Shown here: positions 39,827 to 48,648 of the stretch, in pieces | Layout: each line of letters begins with the position of its first letter | Position numbering within the stretch: position 1 is the first letter of the stretch | Origin: Candidatus Omnitrophota bacterium | GTDB lineage: Bacteria; Omnitrophota; Gorgyraeia; Zapsychrales; JANLHA01 | Assembly (NCBI GenBank): GCA_963662715.1 | Contig: OY759724.1 | Span: 460,670 to 524,669, forward strand | Direction: 5' to 3' | Length of the DNA stretch: 64,000 nt | The notes under the pieces: generated by a model | Told to the model about the DNA's origin: nothing | Databases searched by the model: none | Seen by the model: the letters and a program-made list of their open reading frames with translations, nothing else | Translations under genes and position numbers: made by a program

Positions 39827-40684
39827 TTAAGGAGTAATTAATTTTAAAGATTTAGGCAGAATCTTAATGTGAACAGACTTATACCTCAAAATCTCCCCGT
39901 CGCTTTGAAAATGCTGCTTCGGATCGGATGTGATTTCGATTTCCCGGACCTGCCAGTGCCTCAGGAAGCCACGAAAAATATTCTTTCTTCCTTCAAAAAT
40001 ATTTTTTAAATCCGTATGATTGATAATAATAACGTCCAGCAACCCGTCATCGACCTGAATTTTAGATGATATGGAGATTCCCGGCAAACCCAAATTTCCG
40101 CTATTGGCGACAATGCACGCCAGGCCTCTTTCCTCGTACTCCTTCCCATCTAATGTTAACTGATACAGAGACGGAGTGGTTTTTAACGCCGCTTTTAAAC
40201 TGTTCAGCGCATAGGCCAGCCACCCGATCCTGGTCTTGATATCCGGTTTTGTCTCTCTGACAACTTCGGCCTCAAAACCGCTGCTCACTCTTATCAAAAA
40301 ATACTTGTGCCCCATCTGTCCCACATCAATCTCCCGGATACGATGCTGGCCCAGGCACAAATTAACCGCTTTCTCAACATCCTGGGCTATTCTTAATTCA
40401 TTGGAGATCACGTTAGCCGTGCCGCCCGGGAGAATAAGCAACGGGGTTTTTCCGCCAATCAAGGCTCCAGCGGCTTCCTGGACCGTTCCGTCCCCGCCGT
40501 AAATAACGATCACATCCGCGTTTTCAGCAACCGAAAGCTTCACAAACCGGGAAACATCCTCTTTGTTTTTAGTGACGTGCACGTCCCAGGACACCTTCTG
40601 GCGGGACAACACTTTATTTAAAGTGTAAAGGACCGGGTATTTCATGCCCGATGAGGGATTTATGATAATGCTTAACCGTTTCAT
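39827..40684 (-). CDS. DAGK-catalytic-domain lipid kinase (YegS/sphingosine-/ceramide-kinase-like)
   Basis: LSIIINPSSG…VIVIYGGDGTVQEA…LPGGTAN are the canonical DAGK_cat motifs. Confidence 0.75.
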   Translation of the reverse strand: MKRLSIIINPSSGMKYPVLYTLNKVLSRQKVSWDVHVTKNKEDVSRFVKLSVAENADVIVIYGGDGTVQEAAGALIGGKTPLLILPGGTANVISNELRIAQDVEKAVNLCLGQHRIREIDVGQMGHKYFLIRVSSGFEAEVVRETKPDIKTRIGWLAYALNSLKAALKTTPSLYQLTLDGKEYEERGLACIVANSGNLGLPGISISSKIQVDDGLLDVIIINHTDLKNIFEGRKNIFRGFLRHWQVREIEITSDPKQHFQSDGEILRYKSVHIKILPKSLKLITP

Positions 40685-40806
40685 AAAATATAATAATGTT
40701 TTATTTCTAAATCTTTTTCTGACAGCCCACCTTCAGAATACACCACATCTTTTTTCGGGATCGAAAAAAAGACATCGGGATGCGTTTCGGCTTTATGCCG
40801 GCTCTT

Positions 40807-41199
40807 TCAGGCCCGCAGACTCTTATAGGAAATAAAAAAGATAATCATAAAAATCAGATCAAAGAATGCAAACGGGACCCAAATCCAGGGCATTTGACCT
40901 GCCAGCCAGTGCGGGAATACGACTAAGCAGTAGGAGAGCTTAATCAGGACAGCATAAATGATAAGACTCCTGTTGGCAAGGGGGTCCCTGGCGATATTAA
41001 AAAGCATATAGGCGAAAATGACCAAAATGCAGGCCGGGAACTGGACATACCCGATATGATTGGGCGGGGGGATCTGTACGGCATGAAAAATGGCCAGCGG
41101 CGCAATAAGAAAAGCGGCTCCGAGAATACCGTCATAAAACGCTGCCACGATATAAAAGGGTTTGATCCATTTAGGGATATTCATATTTTCCTCTTTCAT
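40807..41199 (-). CDS. small four-TM membrane protein, unknown function
   Basis: Hydrophobic throughout; lies between the UbiA gene and lipid kinase 1. Confidence 0.4.
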   Translation of the reverse strand: MKEENMNIPKWIKPFYIVAAFYDGILGAAFLIAPLAIFHAVQIPPPNHIGYVQFPACILVIFAYMLFNIARDPLANRSLIIYAVLIKLSYCLVVFPHWLAGQMPWIWVPFAFFDLIFMIIFFISYKSLRA

Positions 41200-41234
41200 T
41201 TTTTATTTATAAAATATTGTATCAATTTTTTCCG

Positions 41235-42206
41235 CTAAGCCAAAGCATCTTTATGAAAATCAAATAACCAGCCAATAAGGACAAAATTGATCAGGTAAAG
41301 CATCCCGGAAAGAAACGGATGCAGCAAAGCTATAAAACCGGTCTCATAGAGTACCGCGCCCCTGAATGTCCATTTCAGCGAGTAATATGTCTTTTCACCG
41401 TGTGCGTTCCGAAAAAACAACACGGCCGTGTACTGCATGATCAGAAAAGTCAATACCATCAATCCCGTAAAAAAGGGATTAATACAGCCTTTCCAGGGAT
41501 CGAAAAAGAACATGAAAACAACAATCCCGAAGGGAAGGCTGCTCATCATAACGTTCAGATATTTTGCTTTTCCGGGAGACAACTTGACAACAATCGTTTT
41601 GATCCCGGCCGCCTTATCCCCCTGATAATCTTTAAAATACGTATAAAAAGCGACTGCCACATTCATGAGAATCACGCCTAAAGCCAGGACAGCTAACTGA
41701 GCATCCGCCATAATTTCCAGCCCTTTTCCGTTCAAACACATGGCACCGTAATAAAGACACGGCGCAACAAGACAGCCAAAAACAATATTCCCCAGGATAA
41801 GAATTCTTTTGGAATATTCATAAACGATATTGAGGAGAAAAACGAGCACATACAGGGTTAAAGCATATGGATTTAATAGAAGCGTTATTCCGGCCCCCAA
41901 TACAAATAATCCCGCGCTTATACCCACAGCCGAACCGACCGGAAGTCGTCCCGTGACAAGCGGCCGGCGGGGCGCATTGATTCTGTCTTCTTTAAGTCCC
42001 AACAGATCATTGATGACCTGGTTGACGCCCCACCCCACAAAAACGACGGTCAAAACAAGCGCCGTTCTAAAAGGAGTGATCTCTGCCCCGCAGAATGCTA
42101 TCCCCAGGCACCCTGTCATGCCGGAGATAAAAAACAAATACGGACGCATGGATTTTATATAATTTAAAATAACACTCCTGGAAAATATCATACTAGACCT
42201 TTTCAA
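41235..42206 (-). CDS. UbiA-family prenyltransferase
   Basis: First Asp-rich motif NDLLGLKEDRIN (NDxxDxxxD-type); second motif YFKDYQGDKAAG; ~8 TM helices. The start overlaps the upstream gene by 14 nt. Confidence 0.75.
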   Translation of the reverse strand: MKRSSMIFSRSVILNYIKSMRPYLFFISGMTGCLGIAFCGAEITPFRTALVLTVVFVGWGVNQVINDLLGLKEDRINAPRRPLVTGRLPVGSAVGISAGLFVLGAGITLLLNPYALTLYVLVFLLNIVYEYSKRILILGNIVFGCLVAPCLYYGAMCLNGKGLEIMADAQLAVLALGVILMNVAVAFYTYFKDYQGDKAAGIKTIVVKLSPGKAKYLNVMMSSLPFGIVVFMFFFDPWKGCINPFFTGLMVLTFLIMQYTAVLFFRNAHGEKTYYSLKWTFRGAVLYETGFIALLHPFLSGMLYLINFVLIGWLFDFHKDALA

Positions 42207-44556
42207 TCAGACGCATTTTTTTATACAGGGGGACCTCTTCCTTGTTTTGAAACTGCTCCATAAGCTGCAGCGCATCCTCACCCGTTACTGGGAATGCCGT
42301 AATCTTCTTCTCTTCTATATACCGGCGTATCCTGCCATGCTCGGAATTACACAGCCAACTTAGACACGGCTTCTTAAAATGTGCCCTCATACGGTCAAAA
42401 ATCACAGAAAAAGGCTCCTCTTGAACATTGCCGCAGGAAACATTTAAAAATTCACAGGGCTGAATTTCTCCGTGAGCGTTCACATAAAAACGCTCGATTC
42501 CCCCGGCCGTGCATCCGAAGGCCTCGGGGGAAGATTCAAAAACCTGCATGGAAAGCGACGGGAAATCCCGAAGCTCCCTGGCCTTGTTCAAACGCCAGTG
42601 ATCGGCGCAAAGACGGGCGATCAGCTCCCGATCCATTAAAGTGTTCCCCCTCCGGAGCCATCCCCCGGCAGGTTTTTCATGAATAACCTGCACAAAACTG
42701 CAGCCTAGTTCCCTGCCAAGCTGCAATATCTTTTTTATGCCGTCATCCATTATCATCTCCCGGGAAGGACAGCAATTGATGACAGCCGTAACACCTGTAT
42801 CTGCAAATATGCGGATCGCCTTGCAGGCGATCCGAAAAGCTCCTTCAAAGCCCACAAACTCATCGTGCTTTTCAGCCTCCCAATGATGCAGGGAGACCAT
42901 CACTCCGAAAAGTCCGGCCTGCCGGAGACGCCAGGCCTTTTCATAAGTTAATGTGTGCCCCGTGGTGTTCACCCAGACTTCCCTCTCAGAGTCCAGAGAC
43001 CCGATGAGTTTTAGCAAACGTTCATATTTTAATAAAGGTTCGCCGCCTTCGATATCAAACATACTTATACCGGCATGCTGAATATCACGGGCGAGCCGCA
43101 AGAGATCGGCTTCCGGCAGGTCTTCACCGGCGTCACGTTTTTGATAGCAGTGCCGGCAGTGATACCCGCAGGCTTTTGTCATGGAAAAAACAACTGTTGT
43201 CGGATAGGTTGCATCATCGGTGATCAAAAATTTATCGATGGCTTTATAAAAAGCCCTGCTTGGAAAAGCCGGAAGATACAAATGTATTTTATAGACATTA
43301 TTTATTTTTACGGCCTTGTTATACCCGAGGACTTTCGAGAGGAGAAGCATTCTTTTAACGAAAAAAGCATACTGTTTCAAGGTTATCGCCCCCTTCAACA
43401 AACGGACGAAATACCGCAAAAAAATTGTCAGGCCCATTGTCACATCTAATAATATGCGGCCGAAACCGACAACAAACTGCTGTTGCAAGGGCCTCTGTCT
43501 GTCATAGGGGATTGGCAGGAAACCATTCTGCCGCCACCAGCGGACTGTTTCTGCGACACCCTGCTCCAGGGACACCGTCTGTTTAAAACCCAAAACATCC
43601 CCGGCTCTGGCCGTAGCATAAACATTATGACAATAAAACATCTTGACCCGGGCCCGGGTCAAAAGAAAAGGTTCTTTGGCTCCCAGGAGCTTCGCCATAA
43701 GTTCCAAAAACACGGCTGAAGGATAAAAGACCCACAAAGGGAGATATACCGGCGGTCTTATCCCTAAATTCCGGCAATATAAATTAAAATATTCCCGGAT
43801 GTTCGGGGCCCGGTCATTACCCATGTTAAAAACATGAACCCCGGATAAATCCTTTTCCAAGGCGAGCAGCATGCCCCGGACCAGATCTTTCACATGAATA
43901 ACGTGAAATCTATTGGTGCGTCCCATCGGCATGACCCGCATCCCCTGCAAGACAGCGCGGCAGAATTCATACGGCCCCGAATGAAACTCCCTGGGGCCAT
44001 AAACCCAGACCGGACGTATCACGACCAAATTCAAATCACCTTCCCCGGCTATGCCAACGGCTTCCTGCTCCGCCAGCATTTTCGTTTCGCGGTAATAATT
44101 CATATCTGACGGAAAAATAGCCGACAGAAAATATGGCATGTCCGGCCGGTAAGGGGCTTCTTCCGGCTTGGGCTTTTCTTCATCCTCTTCACCCAAAACA
44201 GCAATGCTGCTTACCAAAACAACCTTTTTCACTCTTTGCTCCTTGGCCGCACGAACAACATTGCGGGTCCCCTGAACATTGATTTCATGAAAGTCTTTCT
44301 TCCGGCCCCAGTCAGAAGCCAAAGCGGCCACATGAAAAACGGCGTCACAGCCGCTCATCGCTTCCGTCACTCCGGCAGAGTCCCTAATATCCCCATAGCA
44401 AATTTTGATCTTGTCTACCGGGAGAAACCGCAGATCACTGCCCGGACGCAGCAGAACCGTCACCTCATATTGACCGGCCACTAAACGGTCCACCAGATGA
44501 CTGCCGATAAACCCCGAAGCCCCGGTCACAAAGACTTTCCGTATTCCGCTGTTCAT
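42193..44556 (-). CDS. fusion protein: N-terminal extended-SDR NAD-dependent epimerase/dehydratase-like domain + C-terminal radical SAM domain with a SPASM/twitch-like Cys-rich extension
   Basis: VFVTGASGFIGSHLVDRL (Rossmann fold), YRETK (YxxxK); hydrophobic linker; CGYHCRHCY (CxxxCxxC); C-terminal FGCTAGG…GEIQPCEF…C…C auxiliary-cluster pattern; 787 aa. Confidence 0.8.
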   Translation of the reverse strand: MNSGIRKVFVTGASGFIGSHLVDRLVAGQYEVTVLLRPGSDLRFLPVDKIKICYGDIRDSAGVTEAMSGCDAVFHVAALASDWGRKKDFHEINVQGTRNVVRAAKEQRVKKVVLVSSIAVLGEEDEEKPKPEEAPYRPDMPYFLSAIFPSDMNYYRETKMLAEQEAVGIAGEGDLNLVVIRPVWVYGPREFHSGPYEFCRAVLQGMRVMPMGRTNRFHVIHVKDLVRGMLLALEKDLSGVHVFNMGNDRAPNIREYFNLYCRNLGIRPPVYLPLWVFYPSAVFLELMAKLLGAKEPFLLTRARVKMFYCHNVYATARAGDVLGFKQTVSLEQGVAETVRWWRQNGFLPIPYDRQRPLQQQFVVGFGRILLDVTMGLTIFLRYFVRLLKGAITLKQYAFFVKRMLLLSKVLGYNKAVKINNVYKIHLYLPAFPSRAFYKAIDKFLITDDATYPTTVVFSMTKACGYHCRHCYQKRDAGEDLPEADLLRLARDIQHAGISMFDIEGGEPLLKYERLLKLIGSLDSEREVWVNTTGHTLTYEKAWRLRQAGLFGVMVSLHHWEAEKHDEFVGFEGAFRIACKAIRIFADTGVTAVINCCPSREMIMDDGIKKILQLGRELGCSFVQVIHEKPAGGWLRRGNTLMDRELIARLCADHWRLNKARELRDFPSLSMQVFESSPEAFGCTAGGIERFYVNAHGEIQPCEFLNVSCGNVQEEPFSVIFDRMRAHFKKPCLSWLCNSEHGRIRRYIEEKKITAFPVTGEDALQLMEQFQNKEEVPLYKKMRLIEKV

Positions 44557-45482
44557 GAGACAATCACCTCTAAACTCTTTGGCAGCACCTCAATGGTTGC
44601 CGGGAGTTTCCCCCTCATGTCACCGTCGAATTCAATAAAGACGTCCTCCCGCTCCGAACAAACTTCAACCTTTCGGCCATAACGCATGCCCGCATGTTTG
44701 TACTCCATGAAATCACCGACATACAGTTTAGGGACGTTCGCAAGCAATGAAAACAAGCTGCCTTTTCTTAATGAGAACAAAAAAAGCTTCCCGTCATCAG
44801 GAAGCACATCACTAAAGACTCTCATCCCGGAAGCCAGATACGGATCTTTACCGACGGTTAAATTGATTAAAGATGTGAAGTCCGTCTTTTCTCCGTCTAT
44901 TTTCACTTTCAAATCAACACCCTGAAAATTCCAGACAGCTGTTAAGGAAGACACCAGCGTCCCCAGAAAATCCCCCAGGTATTTTCTATAACGTGAATTG
45001 GCCTTACCGGCGATATGCGGCCCAAGCCCCACGTTGACGCTGCTGCCGAAATAAAACACTCTTTCGTCTCCGGCCAGGTCCCGGAAAGAGACTTTGCCCA
45101 CATCAACGCTCCGGGTTCTGCCGGCCAACAAGGCTTCAAGGGCCTCATCAAGGCGGACAGGGATATGACAATACCGGTTAAAGTCAGGACTTGTTCCGAC
45201 GTGCAGTACGCCCAATGTCCTGGACGCGGCCGGGCTGTTCTGCCGCAGGCCCGTTATCACTTCACAGATCGTGCCGTCACCTCCGACAGCCACCACCACA
45301 TCATAATCCCTTTCCCCGGCCTGCCGTGATATATCGACGGCTTCATCCTTTCTCGAAGTCATCTGATAATCAAAATCAACCTTCCGGAGCTTCATTTCGG
45401 AAATAATCCGCCGGCACTGTTTATACGCACCGCCTGATCTGGCCGTCGGGTTCATAACCAAAAAATACTTCAACGGAGCCAT
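44553..45482 (-). CDS. second DAGK-catalytic-domain lipid kinase
   Basis: FLVMNPTARSG…VVVAVGGDGTICEV…LGVLHVGTSPDF; stop/start ATGA overlap with the downstream fusion gene. Confidence 0.75.
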   Translation of the reverse strand: MAPLKYFLVMNPTARSGGAYKQCRRIISEMKLRKVDFDYQMTSRKDEAVDISRQAGERDYDVVVAVGGDGTICEVITGLRQNSPAASRTLGVLHVGTSPDFNRYCHIPVRLDEALEALLAGRTRSVDVGKVSFRDLAGDERVFYFGSSVNVGLGPHIAGKANSRYRKYLGDFLGTLVSSLTAVWNFQGVDLKVKIDGEKTDFTSLINLTVGKDPYLASGMRVFSDVLPDDGKLFLFSLRKGSLFSLLANVPKLYVGDFMEYKHAGMRYGRKVEVCSEREDVFIEFDGDMRGKLPATIEVLPKSLEVIVS

Positions 45483-46660
45483 TCCGGCTTCTCCTGCTTT
45501 ATCTCCTCAAACGCTGAAATCGTTTTATCGATGTCCTCATCTTCCAGCAGGGCGTTCACCGTTAAACGGATCCGCGCCGTGTTCTTGGCGACGCTCGGAG
45601 GGATGAACGGGACGCCATAAATGCCCCGCTCGGAAAGCATTTTGGCAGCCAGGAACGTGTTTTCGCTGGTCTTAAACACAACCGACACCAGCGGGGTCGT
45701 TGAGCCGGTCAGGTTGAATCTCATCTGATCCAGGGCCTCATACAGCTTCCTGGCGAGCCGCATGATTTTTTCTCTTAGCCGGGGGTGATCTTCCACGTAG
45801 CGCAAAGAAGCGATGGTCGCTCCGGCCATAACAGGCGGCAATGCGGTTGAATAAAAATACATCGGGGCCTTATAACGGAAGCCGTCAATAATATCGGCCT
45901 TGCCGGCGATAAACCCGCCAAACGTCCCGACAGCCTTGCCGAAAGACCCGGTCATCAAATCCACATCCTGATAAGTGTCCGTCAGTTCAAGAATTCCCCG
46001 GCCTTCCCGCCCCAAGACCCCCAACCCGTGGGCATCATCAACGATCACAAAAGCGTCGTGCCTGCGGGCAACATCCGTGAGTTCTTTAAGCGGAGGGGTG
46101 TCTCCGTTGGTGCTGTAAAGCCCTTCCAGGACAATAAACTTGACGCGATAATGACAACACCGCAAGAGGGTCTTCTCAAGTTTGTTCATATCATTATGCG
46201 GGAAAATCTTAAACGCCGCTTTCGATAAGGCCACACCGTTTAACAGGGATGAATGAATCTCTTTGTCGGCAATAATAACATCGTTCTCCCCGGCCATGAG
46301 CTGAAACAGGCTCATATTGGCCTGATAACAGGAAGGAAAGACCAAAGCATCTTCCTGTTTAAGAAAACGGGCCGTAGCCAGTTCCAGTTCCCGGTTGACA
46401 GCGGACTGTCCGACGACAATAGGGGTCCCGCACAAACTCAAACCGAAAGTCTCTAAAATCTTCGTCGCCTCCTTCTTGATGACGGCATTATTAGCGATGC
46501 CCAGATAATCATTTGTTCCTAAAGAAACCATTTTTCTGCCGTTAACGGTAATTTCCCGGGCCAGCCCGCTCTGAACGATCTGATAATAGGCGTTGAAGTT
46601 TATATCGTCTGCCAGCTTTTTATCAATGTACAAGCTATCAATTAATTCTTTTTTGGACAT
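45470..46660 (-). CDS. PLP-dependent alpha-oxoamine synthase (serine palmitoyltransferase / BioF / CqsA family); Spt-like by context
   Basis: LGTNDYLGIANN substrate loop; PLP-lysine block TGSFGKAVGTFGGF; probable start MSKKELIDS; overlaps the downstream kinase gene by 13 nt. Confidence 0.8.
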   Translation of the reverse strand: MSKKELIDSLYIDKKLADDINFNAYYQIVQSGLAREITVNGRKMVSLGTNDYLGIANNAVIKKEATKILETFGLSLCGTPIVVGQSAVNRELELATARFLKQEDALVFPSCYQANMSLFQLMAGENDVIIADKEIHSSLLNGVALSKAAFKIFPHNDMNKLEKTLLRCCHYRVKFIVLEGLYSTNGDTPPLKELTDVARRHDAFVIVDDAHGLGVLGREGRGILELTDTYQDVDLMTGSFGKAVGTFGGFIAGKADIIDGFRYKAPMYFYSTALPPVMAGATIASLRYVEDHPRLREKIMRLARKLYEALDQMRFNLTGSTTPLVSVVFKTSENTFLAAKMLSERGIYGVPFIPPSVAKNTARIRLTVNALLEDEDIDKTISAFEEIKQEKPEWLR

Positions 46661-46849
46661 ACGCGTCTCCTCATGTTGTTTAACCCTGCCCTTAACTTGT
46701 TCACGTGCTGCTTTTCCGCCCCCTCTTATTCCAAAATGTGTTTCCCCCGGACAAAAGGCATGCCCTGATGACAAGAATCCCATTTCCTGGCGTCTGGCTT
46801 ACCGTGGGTGGCCGGCGTGAGGTGTGAAAATAATTTTGTCTACACAAAA

Positions 46850-46878
46850 AGTTTACCACTCAATTATTTATCTGTCAA
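46850..46878 (-). promoter_or_regulatory. candidate sigma-70 promoter for the Spt-like operon
   Basis: Minus-strand TTGACA (46878-46873) - 17 nt - TAAACT (46855-46850), ~190 nt upstream of the proposed start. Confidence 0.35.
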
Positions 46879-47049
46879 TTTTTATCTCTGCAGACCGCCG
46901 CACAGGACAAAACGCTCCCGGGGCAAAAAAAATAACCCATTGTAAATTCTGCGTTACAATGAGCTATCTTCTTTCATCACATATCCCCCATGACGCCTCA
47001 CAGGCAAAAAAGCAGGATTTTCACCTTACAGGGCCCGGGGAACAATTTT

Positions 47050-47373
47050 TTATTTAACGACATCATCCGCGGGCACAGTGAACATAACCCCCATGCCATC
47101 TTCTTCAAAATTAATTTTTTCTTCTTTAAGAATGGCATAGAAATCTTTCAGGACATTTTCGTCTTCTATTAAAGCAAAAATCGTTTTGTTATGTTGCTTC
47201 TCCTGTCCGACAATTTTACGCAATCCCGCAAAAATAGGGACATCGTAAGCCAAGGCATGCGCCATGCCTTCAGAATCAATAATCGTCGCTCCGGTGATTC
47301 CGAGTTCAGCCATAATAGAAATAATGTCGTTCAGGAACTCCTCTTTATTAAGGACGATAAACAATAATTTCAT
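47050..47373 (-). CDS. PII-like (GlnB-fold) small regulatory protein
   Basis: 107 aa, ferredoxin-like beta-alpha-beta pattern; immediately downstream of the antiporter gene. Confidence 0.5.
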   Translation of the reverse strand: MKLLFIVLNKEEFLNDIISIMAELGITGATIIDSEGMAHALAYDVPIFAGLRKIVGQEKQHNKTIFALIEDENVLKDFYAILKEEKINFEEDGMGVMFTVPADDVVK

Positions 47374-47412
47374 ATATTCCTCCTAACCAATTTAATACAC
47401 AAATGTGTGTTT

Positions 47413-48630
47413 TCAGGTACGGCGGCGATAATTCATCAATTTCCCGACTTCGCCGGCTTTTTCTATTGCAATTTTAGTTGTCATCGGGCCAATGATTTCA
47501 AAAATAATAGTCGTGGCGGCAATCGTATTGATAACCAAGGTCGCCACAGCTTCCCCCTCCGGCCCCAAAGCGGAGAATTCTTTTACCGTGATCAGGGCCA
47601 GACCGATAGCGACGCCTGCCTGAGATAAAATACCCAGGCCCAAATAATTCCTCACATTTTTATCAGCACGGCTGACTGTCGCCCCGAAGTAAGCCCCTCC
47701 GATAAGCCCCACGGTCCTGCCTATAATATACAAAATTCCCAGAAGCCCCATGGACGGGAGCAGGTTAAGGTGTAAATGGGCGCCGGCCAGCACAAAAAAG
47801 AGCACAAAGATCGGTGCCGTAAGCCCTTCAATGACATTGGCGGCCCTTCGGGATGCATGCAAGGATATGTTCGTAAGGACCAGCCCCACCATAAGATTAG
47901 TTAAAATGAGAGACAAGTGATATGCATTGCTTAACCCTGCACACAAAAAAATGGCCCCTAGCGTTATAACCAGAGTTTCGTTCTTTGAACGGACATGCCT
48001 CAAGACAAAAGCCAGCACCGCTCCTACCCCTGCACCTAATATCAACGATTCCACTATTTCGGCCACCGGTCCGACAAGAAACGATTCTGCCGTCATCATC
48101 TGAGCGCCCGTTATCATATTTTTGGCTAAAGCGGCGGCAAGACCGTAAATAATGATGGCCAATCCATCGTCCAGACCAACCACAGAAAGCAGGGTACTGG
48201 TTAAAGGGCCCTTGGCCTTATACTCCTGCAAAACGGCGACAGTACCCGCAGGAGCGCTGGCCGGCGCCATGGCTCCGAATATTAAGGCCAGATAACCTTT
48301 ATGGGTCAAGAAATACACTAAAGCAGCTACACAAAAAAAAGCAAAAAAAGACTCGGCAAAAATAATAGTGGCCAAACCCGCGCCCTGCCTTCTCAACACT
48401 CCCGCGCGCATCTCACTGCCGATAGTGAACGCGACTATGGCTAAGGCGATATCACTGATAATGCCCATACTGTCAACCAGATGGTCAGTGAATATCCCCA
48501 GGAAGGAAGGCCCTAATATCAGTCCGATAAGAATGTACCCCACGACCCCGGGGAATTTGAACCGGCCGACAATTTTACTGCCGGCGTAGCCCAGGATGAG
48601 GGCCAAGCCCATCAAAAATAAGATTTCCAT
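47413..48630 (-). CDS. cation:proton antiporter (CPA1/CPA2 Na+/H+ exchanger family, no RCK domain)
   Basis: N-terminus GLALILGYAGSKIVGRFKFPGVVGYILIGLILGPSFLG is the typical Na_H_Exchanger start; ~12 TM; 405 aa. Confidence 0.75.
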   Translation of the reverse strand: MEILFLMGLALILGYAGSKIVGRFKFPGVVGYILIGLILGPSFLGIFTDHLVDSMGIISDIALAIVAFTIGSEMRAGVLRRQGAGLATIIFAESFFAFFCVAALVYFLTHKGYLALIFGAMAPASAPAGTVAVLQEYKAKGPLTSTLLSVVGLDDGLAIIIYGLAAALAKNMITGAQMMTAESFLVGPVAEIVESLILGAGVGAVLAFVLRHVRSKNETLVITLGAIFLCAGLSNAYHLSLILTNLMVGLVLTNISLHASRRAANVIEGLTAPIFVLFFVLAGAHLHLNLLPSMGLLGILYIIGRTVGLIGGAYFGATVSRADKNVRNYLGLGILSQAGVAIGLALITVKEFSALGPEGEAVATLVINTIAATTIIFEIIGPMTTKIAIEKAGEVGKLMNYRRRT

Positions 48631-48648
48631 AATAGTATCCTTACTATT

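Noticed and set aside
42193-46783. Alternative reading of the lipid operon as biotin (bioF) or CAI-1 (cqsA) biosynthesis.
   Set aside because: No bioA/bioD/bioB genes or CqsS-type sensor are nearby. The neighbours are lipid kinases, UbiA and SDR/rSAM, which fit a lipid pathway better. It cannot be fully excluded without phylogeny.
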